Source of the DNA: Sarea resinae
Taxonomy: Eukaryota
Assembly: GCA_026026165.1 (NCBI GenBank)
Contig: JAPEUD010000001.1
Coordinates: 62,001 to 126,000 of the forward strand
DNA length: 64,000 nt
Direction of reading: 5' to 3'
The notes below the pieces were generated by a model, which worked only from the letters and a program-made list of their open reading frames with translations, did not search any database and was not told where the DNA came from. Below are positions 13,083-24,457 of this stretch, in pieces (positions within the stretch are counted from its first letter, which is position 1; each line of letters opens with the position of its first letter). The position numbers and the translations under genes were made by a program.

Positions 13083-13411
13083 TTCATTGTATAGTATGGG
13101 ATCGGTTCGGCGTTGGAGATTCCTTCAGAGAAGGCTTGAGCAGATGTATGTTACACTGGGCCACTTGCTGAGGATTCCCCCGCACAGGATATTTTGCGGG
13201 ACTTGCTCTGCTATCATGTTCACGGCTCCGAATGATTGATGTTTCAGCGTGGAGAATATGACCGGTCATGTTCGCTTGGTTTCTGATCGGTTCATAGGTT
13301 AATTGCTGATTCTGTTATGGCTGTTTCAGTGATCGCTAGCGAACAATTTGTGGCTAGCTTTTGATCTATCAACAGTCTCGATGCATTTGCCTTGAAACCC
13401 CAGCCCCCCTC

Positions 13412-14382
13412 TCAAGCGAAGAAAAGCTCGTCCATCCTCTGATGCACCTCGTCCGGAGTGACCCGACGGCCAGTCTTATCATAGAAGCTGGAGGCAACGG
13501 CCAGCCACTTTCCGTCATCGTACCTGTTTGCGAGGCGCAAGAGCAGCTGCATCTACACATGCGGATCAGTAGGCTTCTGCTCATGGGCGGGGAGACGATT
13601 GATACCTCTTGAGAACTAAAGCGCTCATCAGCAAAAACCACGACACGTTCTGATTTGACCTCCCTCTGAGCTTCTCCCTTCTTCGACTCCTCTTTCTTCT
13701 TGCGCTCGTCTTTTTGCTTCTCTTCCTTGGGTGTCTCGGTCTTGGCAGCCTCGGAAGAAGAAGGCGTTTCTTTTTCTTCTTTTTCCTTCGCTTTAGCATT
13801 GAGAATGTTCCAGTGCTTCTTGATTTCTCCCACTGGTTTCCCTAGCTTATGCGCGATTTGCTTCCATGGCATCGTTTTCTTGAGCTCCACAAGCTCAGCG
13901 TCCTGCTCTGCTGTCCATTCCGAACCGGCGTCCTTCTTCTCTGGGTCGGGTTCCTTCCCTTCCGGCATCATCATCATCTGTGCTAGTCCGAGCATATCGG
14001 CCTTGGAAGAGTCAGCTCCAGGTGCTTCTTCTGGCATTTGTGCGCCTGATTGTCTTACCTCGGGTTCTTCAGCCTTGGGCTCCTCGGGCTTAGGTTCTTC
14101 AACCTTGGGCTCTTCGGATTTCGGCTCTGGATTTGGAGGCTCCACGGCAGCGGCACCAGCAGATTGACTTGATCTCTTGCTCTTCTAGTAAGTATCCATC
14201 AGTACTGAGTCAGGGCCTTTGCTCTCATCGATCGCATCAAGGAAGTGCACGAGGACATGAGAGACAGCGGGGCCGGCCTCACTCACATAGTCAGCGATGA
14301 CCCTCTCGACCGATCTCTTAGGACGCGGCCAGATGCCGAAGACGTCGTAGAAAGGCAGCTGGGTGTGACGGCGAGACGGCAT
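13412..14382 (-). CDS. Myb/SANT-like domain protein
   Basis: Exons 14382-14287, 14184-13606, 13552-13412 join in frame. Myb-like repeat WTAEQDAELVELKKTMPWKQIAHKLGKPVGEIKKHW; last exon encodes RYDDGKWLAVASSFYDKTGRRVTPDEV, typical of this fungal family. Start codon less certain. Confidence 0.8.
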
Positions 14383-15371
14383 CTCTCTCACTTCAATGCT
14401 GCTCACTGTCCTAGAAGACGGGAGGCGATCGATGATGGATGCTGCGGCATTGCCGGGGAGATCGATGTCAATCGACTAGGAGGATAGGTAGATATATGAG
14501 TTTTGATCGGGACTCTTCTTGGTGATCGAGGACGCGGATATTGAGAAAGTGAATGACTGCATTGGTCGCTGGAGAGTAAATGGCTGTCTATCTACCTTAG
14601 GTGGTCAATTGACTTGAGGGTGAATTATCATCCCACAACAGGCAGGGTGCCATCGGCGAGTCATGGGTAATGGGTGTAGATATTGAATGACTGAGGTGCT
14701 GCATCGACGAAAAGGCCGCCGGATGCCCCAACCTGCAATCAATATCAAAAGGCTTCACTTTCGCCGTCAACGTCGAATCCGTTGCCATCTATACATGACG
14801 TTCCAAGCTATTCCAGCCAGCCCTATTTGAATGCACATCTTTCACCATCATGATGACTCTATCGGCATGCTCAATGAATCATGTAAGAAATAAATAGCTG
14901 GGCTTTCATGATTTACTATCTCATCCGTAGTAGTCACGTCCAAAGTCTGCACATGGATCCATGGCATTCTCCAATTCCCCTTTGGGGCTGCGCATTTGTA
15001 CTTTTGTACTCTCGACACAGACAGCCTGGTGGAGATGGCCCGTGCACGCGACAGGAACGCAGGGGGAAACGCAACCACCGCGAGCGAGGACGAAAGTGTC
15101 AACTTCACGGAATCTCGAACGCACCGCCAGCTTCGCCAGCAGCCCCATCAAAACAGCACTCATAAGGCTGCCGAGCCGATCAATTGTTGAAGTCAGCTCG
15201 AGTCATCTAGTGTGTGCCGCCCGCCGTCGTCAAAACCAGACCAACGCACAACACTCCCACCCACCCTCGTCCTGGTCCTCATCCTCATCCTCCTCATCCC
15301 TCCCCAAATACCCGCACATCGACAAGCAAAACAACAGCCACCAGCCCAGTACAAGCACGAGCACGAGCACA

Positions 15372-16161
15372 ATGTACACGACGGCGGCCAACAGCCTCAG
15401 CCTGGCGCTGCTGGTCCTGACGACGATGCTGCTGCTCGGCGGGACGCAGGGCCACAACATCCAGATGCGGGCGCACTCGCGCGAGTGCTTCCACGAGCAG
15501 CTGCACAAGGACGACAAGATGACGGTGACGTACCAGGTCGGCGACCGCGAGTTTGGCGGCAGTGGCAATCTGGAGATTGATTTCTGGGTGCGTGTGCTTG
15601 TTTTCCTTTTCTTCGGGCGCCGTTTGGCCCCGGGCTGTGTTTCCCTGGAGGGCTTTGTGGCGGGGAAAAGGGGGAGGGGGTGGGGAGAAGACGATGAGGA
15701 AGACGTGATGGGAGATGCAGAAGAGTGGAGGCATACCGCCGTGCGCGCACACGCACGCATTGAAGAACCAATACACCCAATACCCAGCCACTAACACCAC
15801 CTCCACCACCCCCCCGCGCTCCAGAAACAAGACCATCCAGACAGACCACCAGACTAACCGCATTGCCCCATACGCAACAGATCCAAGACCCAGGCAACGG
15901 ATACGTGACGCACGAGCGGTCGGTATCGAGCGGCGACCACAGCTTCGTGGCGGCCATGGACGGCAAATACGTCTACTGCTTCAGCAACGAGCAATGGGCG
16001 GCCTCGAGCAAAGAGGTGTCGTTTAACGTGCACGGCATCGTGTACGTGCCCGAGGCCGAGGCGCCTTCGGATCCCCTCGAGGCGGAAGGTATGTTTGGTC
16101 TTCTTTCCCTCTCCCTCTCCCTCTCCTCCCAGCCCCCTCCTTGCCCTCAGAAAACAGAAGA

Positions 16162-16230
<69 letters not shown>

Positions 16231-16253
16231 ACCCCCCCACCCCCCCCCCCCCC

Positions 16254-16286
<33 letters not shown>

Positions 16287-16530
16287 AAACACACACCAAC
16301 ACCCACTAACACCGCCCCACACAGTCCGCCAACTCTCCGAGCTCCTCAGCGCGGTCAAGGACGAGCAGGGCTACATCGTGGTGCGCGAGCGCACGCACCG
16401 CAACACGGCCGAGAGCACCAACGAGCGCGTCAAGTGGTGGAGCATCTTCCAGCTGGGCGTGCTGATCGGCGAGGGCGTCTTCCAGGTCTGGTGGCTCAAG
16501 CGCTTCTTCGAGGTGAAGCGGGTCGTGTGA
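15372..16530 (+). CDS. emp24: p24/emp24 family ER-Golgi cargo receptor (GOLD domain)
   Basis: Exons 15372-15587, 15881-16088, 16325-16530. Signal peptide, RECFHE..TVTYQVGDREFGGSGNLEIDFW, GKYVYCFSNE, RERTHRNTAESTNERVKWWS, TM segment and C-terminal FFEVKRVV sorting tail. Confidence 0.95.
16164..16285. repeat. Poly-C homopolymer tract (about 122 nt, 3 A interruptions) in emp24 intron 2
   Basis: Directly visible; lies between donor GTATGT (16089) and branch/acceptor CACTAAC..ACAG (16324). Confidence 0.9.
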
Positions 16531-17458
16531 TTGGTTTTTTTTCGCCTTTTGCTTTTCGGTTTGACTGGTTCGGGTTTGTGGGATTGCTGGTTTGTGCCCC
16601 GGTCTGTGGGTTTGGTTTGGTTTGGTTGGTTGTCCATGGAGGGATAGAGAGAGGGAGGAGAGGAGCGCAGAGGGGAGGAGAGGACAGGACAGGACAGGAC
16701 AGGAAAGAACAGCTCCTCGAAGGAAAAGTAAAACGCGCATTTACAGACAGACAGACAGACAGACAGTCAGTCGGACAAGACGACCGCCACCGCTCCCGCT
16801 CCCACTACCGTTACCGCTGTATATCATTCTCATTCTCATTCTCATCCTAGTGTCATGTCATCGTATCACTTTGTATCAAATCTATATGAATCAATCAAGC
16901 AAGCATCACTCATCACTCATCACTCGTTTTCTTTCTTGTCAATTCTTCAGATATGTGTACTACGTGTCGTATCTTTGTATTCGTTCTTTGGGTGACAAGA
17001 TAACAGGGCAGCGCTAGTTTGATTACTATTGCGGAGGGTATGGCTCACGGGGCCATCGAATCCGAGAAGAAAGTGAGAAAGTAAGAAAGAAACAGAGAGA
17101 GAGAAAGAAAGAAAGAGAGGGAGAAAGGGAGAGAGAGAAAAGAAAATCTATAGCGGCAAAGCACCAAAGCCAAATGTCAATTTGTCTGCTTTCGGAAGCG
17201 GATTGGATCACTAAAGGAAAAGGAAATCAAAGGGCAAGAACACCACGGCACCCCAGGCCCCCGCGCCCACCCGACTGTATTTCATGGCGTTTCTTTTGGT
17301 GTCGCCGTGCCCGGATTATGTATCCGCTGCGGAGCGGGAGGAAGAAGGGGGGGGAATCGTAACTCGTAAGGTGGCTGATGTCGTTTTTGTTCTCGACGAA
17401 GATAATCATGTGATGGGTACGGTGATGATGACAACGACGACGGCGACGGCGACAACAA

Positions 17459-18454
17459 TCACTGGCACGGATCGAGCTTCAAGCTCAATCGATCGCTTGC
17501 CGGCCCGCCGTCTTCACCAAACAGTCTATCGACCAAGGACTCGAACCGCGCCGAAGACGGCAGAGCCGGAGACCCCTGCGCCGACGCCGACGTCAACGAC
17601 GAGGCTGATGTTCCACTGCCTCGCTGCTTCAGCTTCAGCTGTTGCTGGTCCTCCAACTCGAGTGACAAGGCCCGCGCACGGACGGCCGTCCGCCCACCCA
17701 CCCACTTCGCCGCCGCCCGCACAATCTCCAGCACCACGCCCAGCTCCTCGTCGTCGCGCGGCGCATACACCATGACGAAATCGATGGGCACGAAGCGAGA
17801 CAGCCAGCCGCCCTTGGCGAGCGGATGGCGCTGGCCCCATCCGTGCTCGAGGAGCACGGCCACGTCCACCGGGTGCAGACTGAGGTGCAGACTGCCGTCG
17901 CTAGGGTGCGCGTGGCAGACTTCACCGTCGCAGGTGCGGCGCAGGGGAGACTGGGCGAAGAGGCCCGTGCTGTGCTTCTCGAAGCAGGAGGTGCCGAGTC
18001 GCAGGCGGTTCTGCTGGTGCGTGGCGAGCGCGTGGATGCCGGCCGCAAGGTCAGGGTAGGTTTGGATGCCTTTCTGGGTCATCTGGCGTTGTGGGGCGAT
18101 GCCTCGCACCTCCGGGCGGGGTCCGCGACGGTAGGGGAGTGTGGTCGTGGAGAGGAAGCCGGTTGCGGGGTGGAGAGTGGAAAGGACCGGAGGCGGAGCA
18201 AAGGGGTCGGAGAGGGCGAAGAGGCGAAGGAAGCAGATGCGCAGGTACCCGGCAAATGTTGAGGGGGTGCCGCCGGGGCCAAGGTGGAGGTAGGAAAGGT
18301 AGTCCTTGTAGATCAAGTAGATGGGCGTGAGGATGAGGATGAGGGCGAGGATAGAGATTGGTGGCAAGAGGAGCGGAAGAGAATGAGAGTCATTTATTGA
18401 AAAGGGCAGAGAGTGTGCGGAGTAGGTGGCCATGGTTTTTGGATCGATGGCCAT
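17459..18454 (-). CDS. Fungal luciferase (Luz)/DUF5519-family protein with N-terminal membrane anchor; function unknown
   Basis: Intronless ORF; first ATG 18454 (alternative 18433). TM segment ILALILILTPIYLIY then DYxxYLxLGPGGTPxxFAGY, LPYRRGPRP..QRQMTQ, TSCFEKH, EVCHAHPSDGSLHLSL, GWGQRHPLA, MVYAPRDDEE, all colinear with Neonothopanus nambi Luz as I recall it. Confidence 0.85.
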   Translation of the reverse strand: MAIDPKTMATYSAHSLPFSINDSHSLPLLLPPISILALILILTPIYLIYKDYLSYLHLGPGGTPSTFAGYLRICFLRLFALSDPFAPPPVLSTLHPATGFLSTTTLPYRRGPRPEVRGIAPQRQMTQKGIQTYPDLAAGIHALATHQQNRLRLGTSCFEKHSTGLFAQSPLRRTCDGEVCHAHPSDGSLHLSLHPVDVAVLLEHGWGQRHPLAKGGWLSRFVPIDFVMVYAPRDDEELGVVLEIVRAAAKWVGGRTAVRARALSLELEDQQQLKLKQRGSGTSASSLTSASAQGSPALPSSARFESLVDRLFGEDGGPASDRLSLKLDPCQ

Positions 18455-21400
18455 GGCTGCCGATGAGAGGTTGGTGAAAGATCCGTGCTGGTCGATATCG
18501 TCAATGCGAGAAGAACGAATTGGCAACCGCTTTTCTGATCAGAAGTCCAATCACGCAAAGCAGAGGTAGCAGACGAAATCTAATCGAAGAAAGAAAAGAA
18601 AATCAACGTTTTGCAAATAAAAGCCAACGAGGCTTATAAGTGGTTTTAAGAACAAGACAGATTCAATTGAACATGTGCCTACCCAAGAAGAGTCACGCAA
18701 CATCTGCTTGGATACCCCACAGGCTGGTAAGGATGTTCTGAAGTTGACGCATCAACAGCCAAACTGCCCATTCCCGAGACTTGAGGTTGCGGGTCAGGAC
18801 CATGTCATGCAATGCAATGCAGATGCATCCGCAAGTCGGAGGCAGACTCCGAGCTGGTGGCGCCGGACACTCGAAGACACTGGAAGATTCATTCACCGAA
18901 CAACCAATTGCTGCCGTGCTGTTCTCTGTACACCGCGTCGCTGCGAGGGGTGAGTCCGGTGTCAAAAGGCCAGCAACGTCAGCTGGTGATGAGAGACGCA
19001 CGCCCCACTGTTATGATTCAAATGAGGATTGAAAGGGTCACCGCATCTCCCAATGGCTGCCACAGAGGAAATAGATTGGCGATGCAGTCTGTCAAATGTC
19101 GAATCATTGCGCGCCTACGCATCCGTTGTCAGTCATATATGGGAACTGGCTCCGAAGCAGAATTAAGCTCTTGTCTTGGGGCCATGGGATCCCATTGGGT
19201 CCGACTCTGACGTCGGTCGTCAGTAGGCAGGCAGCCATTAGCTTCGGTAGCTGAGGGAGATGGCGGATAGCAGCGAAATAGGGCTCAGTAGCTTCATTCC
19301 CACAGGGACGGATGGGAAATCTGTGGGCATTTGACGCGCTGGTCAGCCCTGGTTAGGCTCGACTTGGCCATGGTCTCCTCGTCGCGGGCGGACAAAGAGG
19401 GGATGAGAGGGCAGCAGAGGGGGACGAGAGCACTAAGTGAGGATGGCCGCGGCTCCTTCGTCACACATATGTCAGTGGGAAGTCAGTTGCAGTGTGGCAG
19501 GCCGCCTCTACTCATAGTACGCCGGTGTAGGTCAGAGGGAGCCAACCCTGAGAAGATACAAGACGTTCGTACTACCCCGTTGCCAGAATCATCGGAAGGG
19601 AAGAAGGCCATGACGATCTCCACGGTCATGCCAATTGCAAGCTGCTCTGCTGGGCAGCCAACACTGTCCGACGCCCGCGAACATGGTGACGCTCCAGAGC
19701 ATCCGTTCAGTGCCAGACAGGACACACGTCTGGTGGAATCGATGATCATGGCCGAGAGGCACTTCTTTGAATTCCCATGTGCTACATACTCCGTACTCTG
19801 TACATGCTCTACTACGTACTGCGCAGTACTACTTGGAGTATGTTCAGTCGGTCAGATGCTGATTCTGAAAGTTGCCGTGGCGTCTCTGCCCTCGTCTCGC
19901 CTGTGGAGCCCAACCTGCCATAGTAACTCGCTAGCTGGAGAGAGCACTGGCGCCATGGAGATCGACGATGACCCCCACGGTACCTGTATTCGTGCCGGGC
20001 TTTGCAGCGGAGAACAAGTATCGGTCAATTCTGGCGCAGTCGAGAGTTGAGAGTCCCCAGTCCGACCAGTCCAAGCATCCATATGCCCCTCAACGGCTCC
20101 ATCTGAACGGGCAGCTAGAGAGGCGCAACGAACAGACGTCTGGCGGGAAGCATTGATGCATGATTCCCTCGCCGACCTGGCATTGGTGTCTCTGTGGTGT
20201 GATGAATCAAGCATCGATGCTGCAGAACGGGCGTCGTGGGGTTGGCATCTGCAGTGCACTGGAAGAGACTCCGCGTCAACGAGCTGATCGCTGCTCCGAT
20301 CGAGTATACACTTCCAGCCTTCTTCGACTGCACAGGAAAGGGGAAAGCGAGTGACATCTGATAGTTGATCCATGTCTGAGAGGATGATGCCTGAATTGGT
20401 ATTGCCTGGCATACCTATGCTACTGCACTCGTAGCGGGCAACTAGGCTAGTAGGCTAGCAGTGGAGGTGAAGCTCCAACTGTCAACCGATCTCCCCTGTC
20501 TGCACTATCGCAGCATCCAACGTCGACCACGACCATAACGTACAGTAGGCTGTAGCTAGCCCCGGAAGGCATCAATATTCGAACCCGTTCGAACGCGATG
20601 AATGCCTTGGGAGGCGGTGATGACATCTAATCAAAGGCGGCACTAAAGCTGCTCGGACGCTTCGAATCGCCGTATGTATTGTACTAGGGATCCGTCTCAT
20701 CTTGCTGCATCTGGATCTGCATGAACGCGAACCCACCACCGGATCCCCCGCATTCGTCCTATCCATATGTTCGCACAGATTACTAATGCGCCGCATGCTC
20801 GATGAAGACTTTCCTACCATCATGGAACACTCGACCCCTTACAGGCGGTTTTGGCCGGACTCGAGAGTTCAAGGGAGTTCAAGGGAGTTCAAGTCGAGAG
20901 TAATCGACTCTGTTTATGCCGACTCTAGCCGAACAAACAGACCGCTGACGACGCAATGGAAGATAGCAACGCTGGCTCTGAGGGCAGCTGGCCACCTCAC
21001 CTTGCAATTCAAGAATTGATGAGAACAGGCTGATGATTAGTGGTGGGAGTGTTAAAGGCCGTGTGTTCGCTCGGTTTCTCTGCTTGCGGCGGCATCTCCC
21101 ATAATTAATCTTGCATTATCGAAGAGTGATTGTCCTCTGCATCCTCTGCACCGTCTACACCGTCTACACGAGCGAGCCGTCGTCGATTGCGTTTGATTAC
21201 GGAGTATCAAAAGAACAAGCTGCCCCACGTATCTACTGCAGACTACTCATAGATTGAGCAGGCCAAAGCAGGACGGGGGTCGAGAGACGACACGAGAGAG
21301 AATCGAGATCATCGCACTTTAACGTAGACGGAAAGTTGGAGTAACGCTCGACCACTGCAGAGTAAGAGGATTCTCGCGCGTCTGTTGGGGTCGCGGCATC

Positions 21401-22089
21401 TCATCTTGTCCAGGATCGGTCCAGGATCAGCGGTGCTCGGTGTTATCTGCTATCGCCCACCCCGGCAACCGTTCGGCCCGTTCCTTGACCTCCATTCGCT
21501 GACAGGTATGAGGAAGTTCGTAACAGTGCGCTGGCGTCAGAAGTGCTCTGCAAAGGGCATCAGCTATATTAGTTCAAATATCTAATAGTTCTCAAGATCT
21601 CGTCCCTCAAACCTTGCAATCCATCTAGTAAAGGGATCGAACGAGCTCATGGTGTTGAATTGATCTGACCATTGGCAAACAGGTCGAGACCTCACAAGGT
21701 ACGAATACACGAAGAATTTCATTGTGATACGAAGAAATTCTGGTGACACCACTACAACAGTAAGGTAGATTGACAATTCTGTGGCACTCTATTGACATCT
21801 AGCTAGAGCATTTTTCAAAGTCTCGAGTTGTCTAATCTGACTACCAGGATTCTGGAATATCGGCAACCTCTCATACTCGGCTTGGTGAATTAGGTCTCCA
21901 AATGACATTGCATTCACTACTTCATTCACGGTGCTAACATTACACAGACCTGATATCCACCAGCGGCGTGCATCTGAGCTTGATCATTTCGAGGACCAGA
22001 AGACTGAATCTATTACAACCACGGATTATAAGCAAACAAATGAGAAACCTTACTCGTATTCTCGTACTGAACCCCAGCAAGAACTCAAG

Positions 22090-24457
22090 ATGTCCAAGTC
22101 GAACGCAGAGCTCCACAGTTTAGTTGTGCTCTCAGAGTGGAGCAAGCTTCTACGAATCGTCAACTCACGCATCCACGACATCGGCATAGATGGCAGCTCC
22201 CTTGACATAGCTTCCGTTGTGGCAGTTGGCAGGTGAGTACATGACCTCGGTTTGAAGACAAGAACTCCCCGTCTGAAAATCATGATAGATATGCGGCTAC
22301 CGCATCACTGAGTGATCAATCACTTGGGCGCATCCAGAAGAGTGCCGATTATCTCACTGCATGTCTTGATCGTGGTGACTGCATCTACGGTGAGTGGTTC
22401 AATGCTCACCACAAACCTAGCTAAGAAATAGTTTAGGTGTCAACACCGGTTTTGGAGGTAGCGCAGACACTCGACCCAAAGACATACTTGCCTTGCAACA
22501 GACTCTCATCGGAGATCTGAGTTCAGGAGTCCTCGCCACCCCAGATGTACCTGAAAGACTGGTTCAAGACCCGTCGATAGATCGCCGAATATCGGCGGAC
22601 GACGTTGCCAAGGAAGGACATCCCACCGGAATTCATGCAATCCTCTCTAAGACCGCACTACCAAATGGAGACCCTGTTCTTGGGACGATCATGCCGGAGG
22701 CCTGGGTCCGAGCATCCATGGTTGTCCGAAGCAATTCGCTTGCAAGTGGCAATTCTGGTGTCCGTCCAGAGGTGCTAAGAAATCTGGTTGCATTCTTGCA
22801 AAAGAACATTGTTCCCGCAGTTCCACTTAGAGGGAGCATTTCAGCGTCTGGAGATCTAAGCCCTCTTTCTTACATTGCAGCCGCTTTGCAAGGCGGCCCA
22901 GGTCGCTACGTTTGGACCGGAGAGAGGAAATCTAGTGACCGACACATCGCCAGAGCAAACGCAGTACTGGCAGAATTATCAATTCCAAAGCTGACCCTTG
23001 GGCCGAAGGAAGGCCTTGCAATCGTGAATGGCACCGCCGTATCCACGGCAGTCGGCGCTCTTGCGTTGCACGACGCTCATGGCTTGGCTGTTCTATCACA
23101 GGTCCTCACAGCTATGGGTGTCGAAGCCCTACGCGGGTCTATTGAGAGCTTCGACCCTTTCTTAGCGGAAATTCGGCCCCATCAAGGCCAGATTGAATCT
23201 GCCCGCAACATCCGGGGTTTTTTGATCGGTTCTAAATTGGCTCATTCCGGCGACCATGAAGATGACGGATCCCTGCGACAAGACAGATACGCGATCCGGA
23301 CATCGACACAGTGGATTGGCCCACAGCTTGAGAACCTTGTGCTCGCTCACAACCAGGTGTCTATTGAATGCAACTCGACAACAGACAATCCCATCATTGA
23401 CGGAGAACATGAACATGTCCTGCATGGCGGCAATTTCCAAGCCATGGCAATCAGTTCTGCGATGGAAAAGACCCGCACTAGTCTGCAGATAATCGGGCGT
23501 ATGCTATTTGCCCAATGCACGGAGCTGATCAACCCGGCGCTCAACAACGGCCTTCCGCCGAACTTGACCGCGGATGAGCCCAGCCAGTCATATCTAATGA
23601 AAGGTGTCGATATCTCGGTAGCCGCTCTTCAATCCGAGTTAGGCTTCCTAGCCAATGCTGTCTCGAGCCATGTTCAGACGGCAGAAATGGGTAATCAGTC
23701 ACTGAACTCTTTGGCCCTGATATCGGCTCGTTACACGCATGTTGCGCTTGACGTTCTTTCCCAACTCGCGGCATCCTACCTGCTCGTCGTCTGCCAGGCT
23801 CTCGATCTGAGAGCTATGTGGGCCAGCTTCCTCGCCCAGCTTCGGCCGGCTTTTGAGGATCTCACGCGCGATGCATTCGGATCCATCCTACCTCAGCAAA
23901 CCCACATCGATCAGCTCATTGCGAGACTCTGGCTTCAACTATCCAAAGAGCTGGATGTTACTAGGACCCTTGACTCAGCTGAGCGTTTTCCGTATGTCAT
24001 AGAAGCCTTGGAAGTGGTCCTGCTAAACTTTCAGCCCCTATCATCGGTCGACGGTGGCCAATTACTGCCCATAATTCGAGGGTGGACCTCTCGTTGTTCA
24101 ACTCGCTCACGGGAGATATTCCTCGCGAGTCGAAACGAATATGCGCAGCATCCGGATGCCACGCATCTTCTTGGTTCCGCATCCACTCGCATGTATGGAT
24201 TCGTTCGAGGAGAACTTGGCATCCCATTCCTGCGGGACAACCAGTGGTATTCTCGAGGACCGATCAACCCAGGAGAAGACCGGTTTGCACTGAAGATAGA
24301 CGAGAATCGTGAGCAAGGGGCTAGTCCGGTGATCGGCTCATTGGTCACTATCATCTATAACGCGATCCGCGACGGCTCACTTTTCGTACCAACTATGGAG
24401 TGCCTGCGAGAGGTCTGGCAGGATGATCGAAGCCAGACCGGTGGGCCGAAACTTTAA
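22090..24457 (+). CDS. pal: Phenylalanine/aromatic amino acid ammonia-lyase (MIO enzyme)
   Basis: Exons 22090-22232, 22289-22389, 22437-24457 join in frame to give IYGVNTGFGGSADTR. MIO-forming GSISASGDLSPL, KEGLAIVNGT, LRQDRYAIR, TTDNP, HGGNFQA, NNGLP, KGVDI, AEMGNQSLNSL. Confidence 0.95.

Noticed and set aside
15588..15880. Stwintron (nested intron) in emp24 intron 1
   Set aside because: Removing an inner intron ending at 15824 does not rebuild a convincing donor unless a poor GCGTGT inner donor is assumed; alternative acceptor use is simpler.
15854..16850. Poly-Pro and poly-Gly ORFs
   Set aside because: They are translations of the poly-C tract inside emp24 intron 2.
18675..21776. ORFs between the Luz-like gene and PAL (e.g. 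19331-20050, 19852-20412)
   Set aside because: Mostly non-ATG starts, no recognisable domain, no codon bias and no consistent splice pattern.
17459..24457. Complete fungal bioluminescence (caffeic acid cycle) cluster
   Set aside because: No hispidin synthase PKS, hispidin-3-hydroxylase or caffeoylpyruvate hydrolase is visible in the window, and Luz-like proteins exist in non-luminous fungi.
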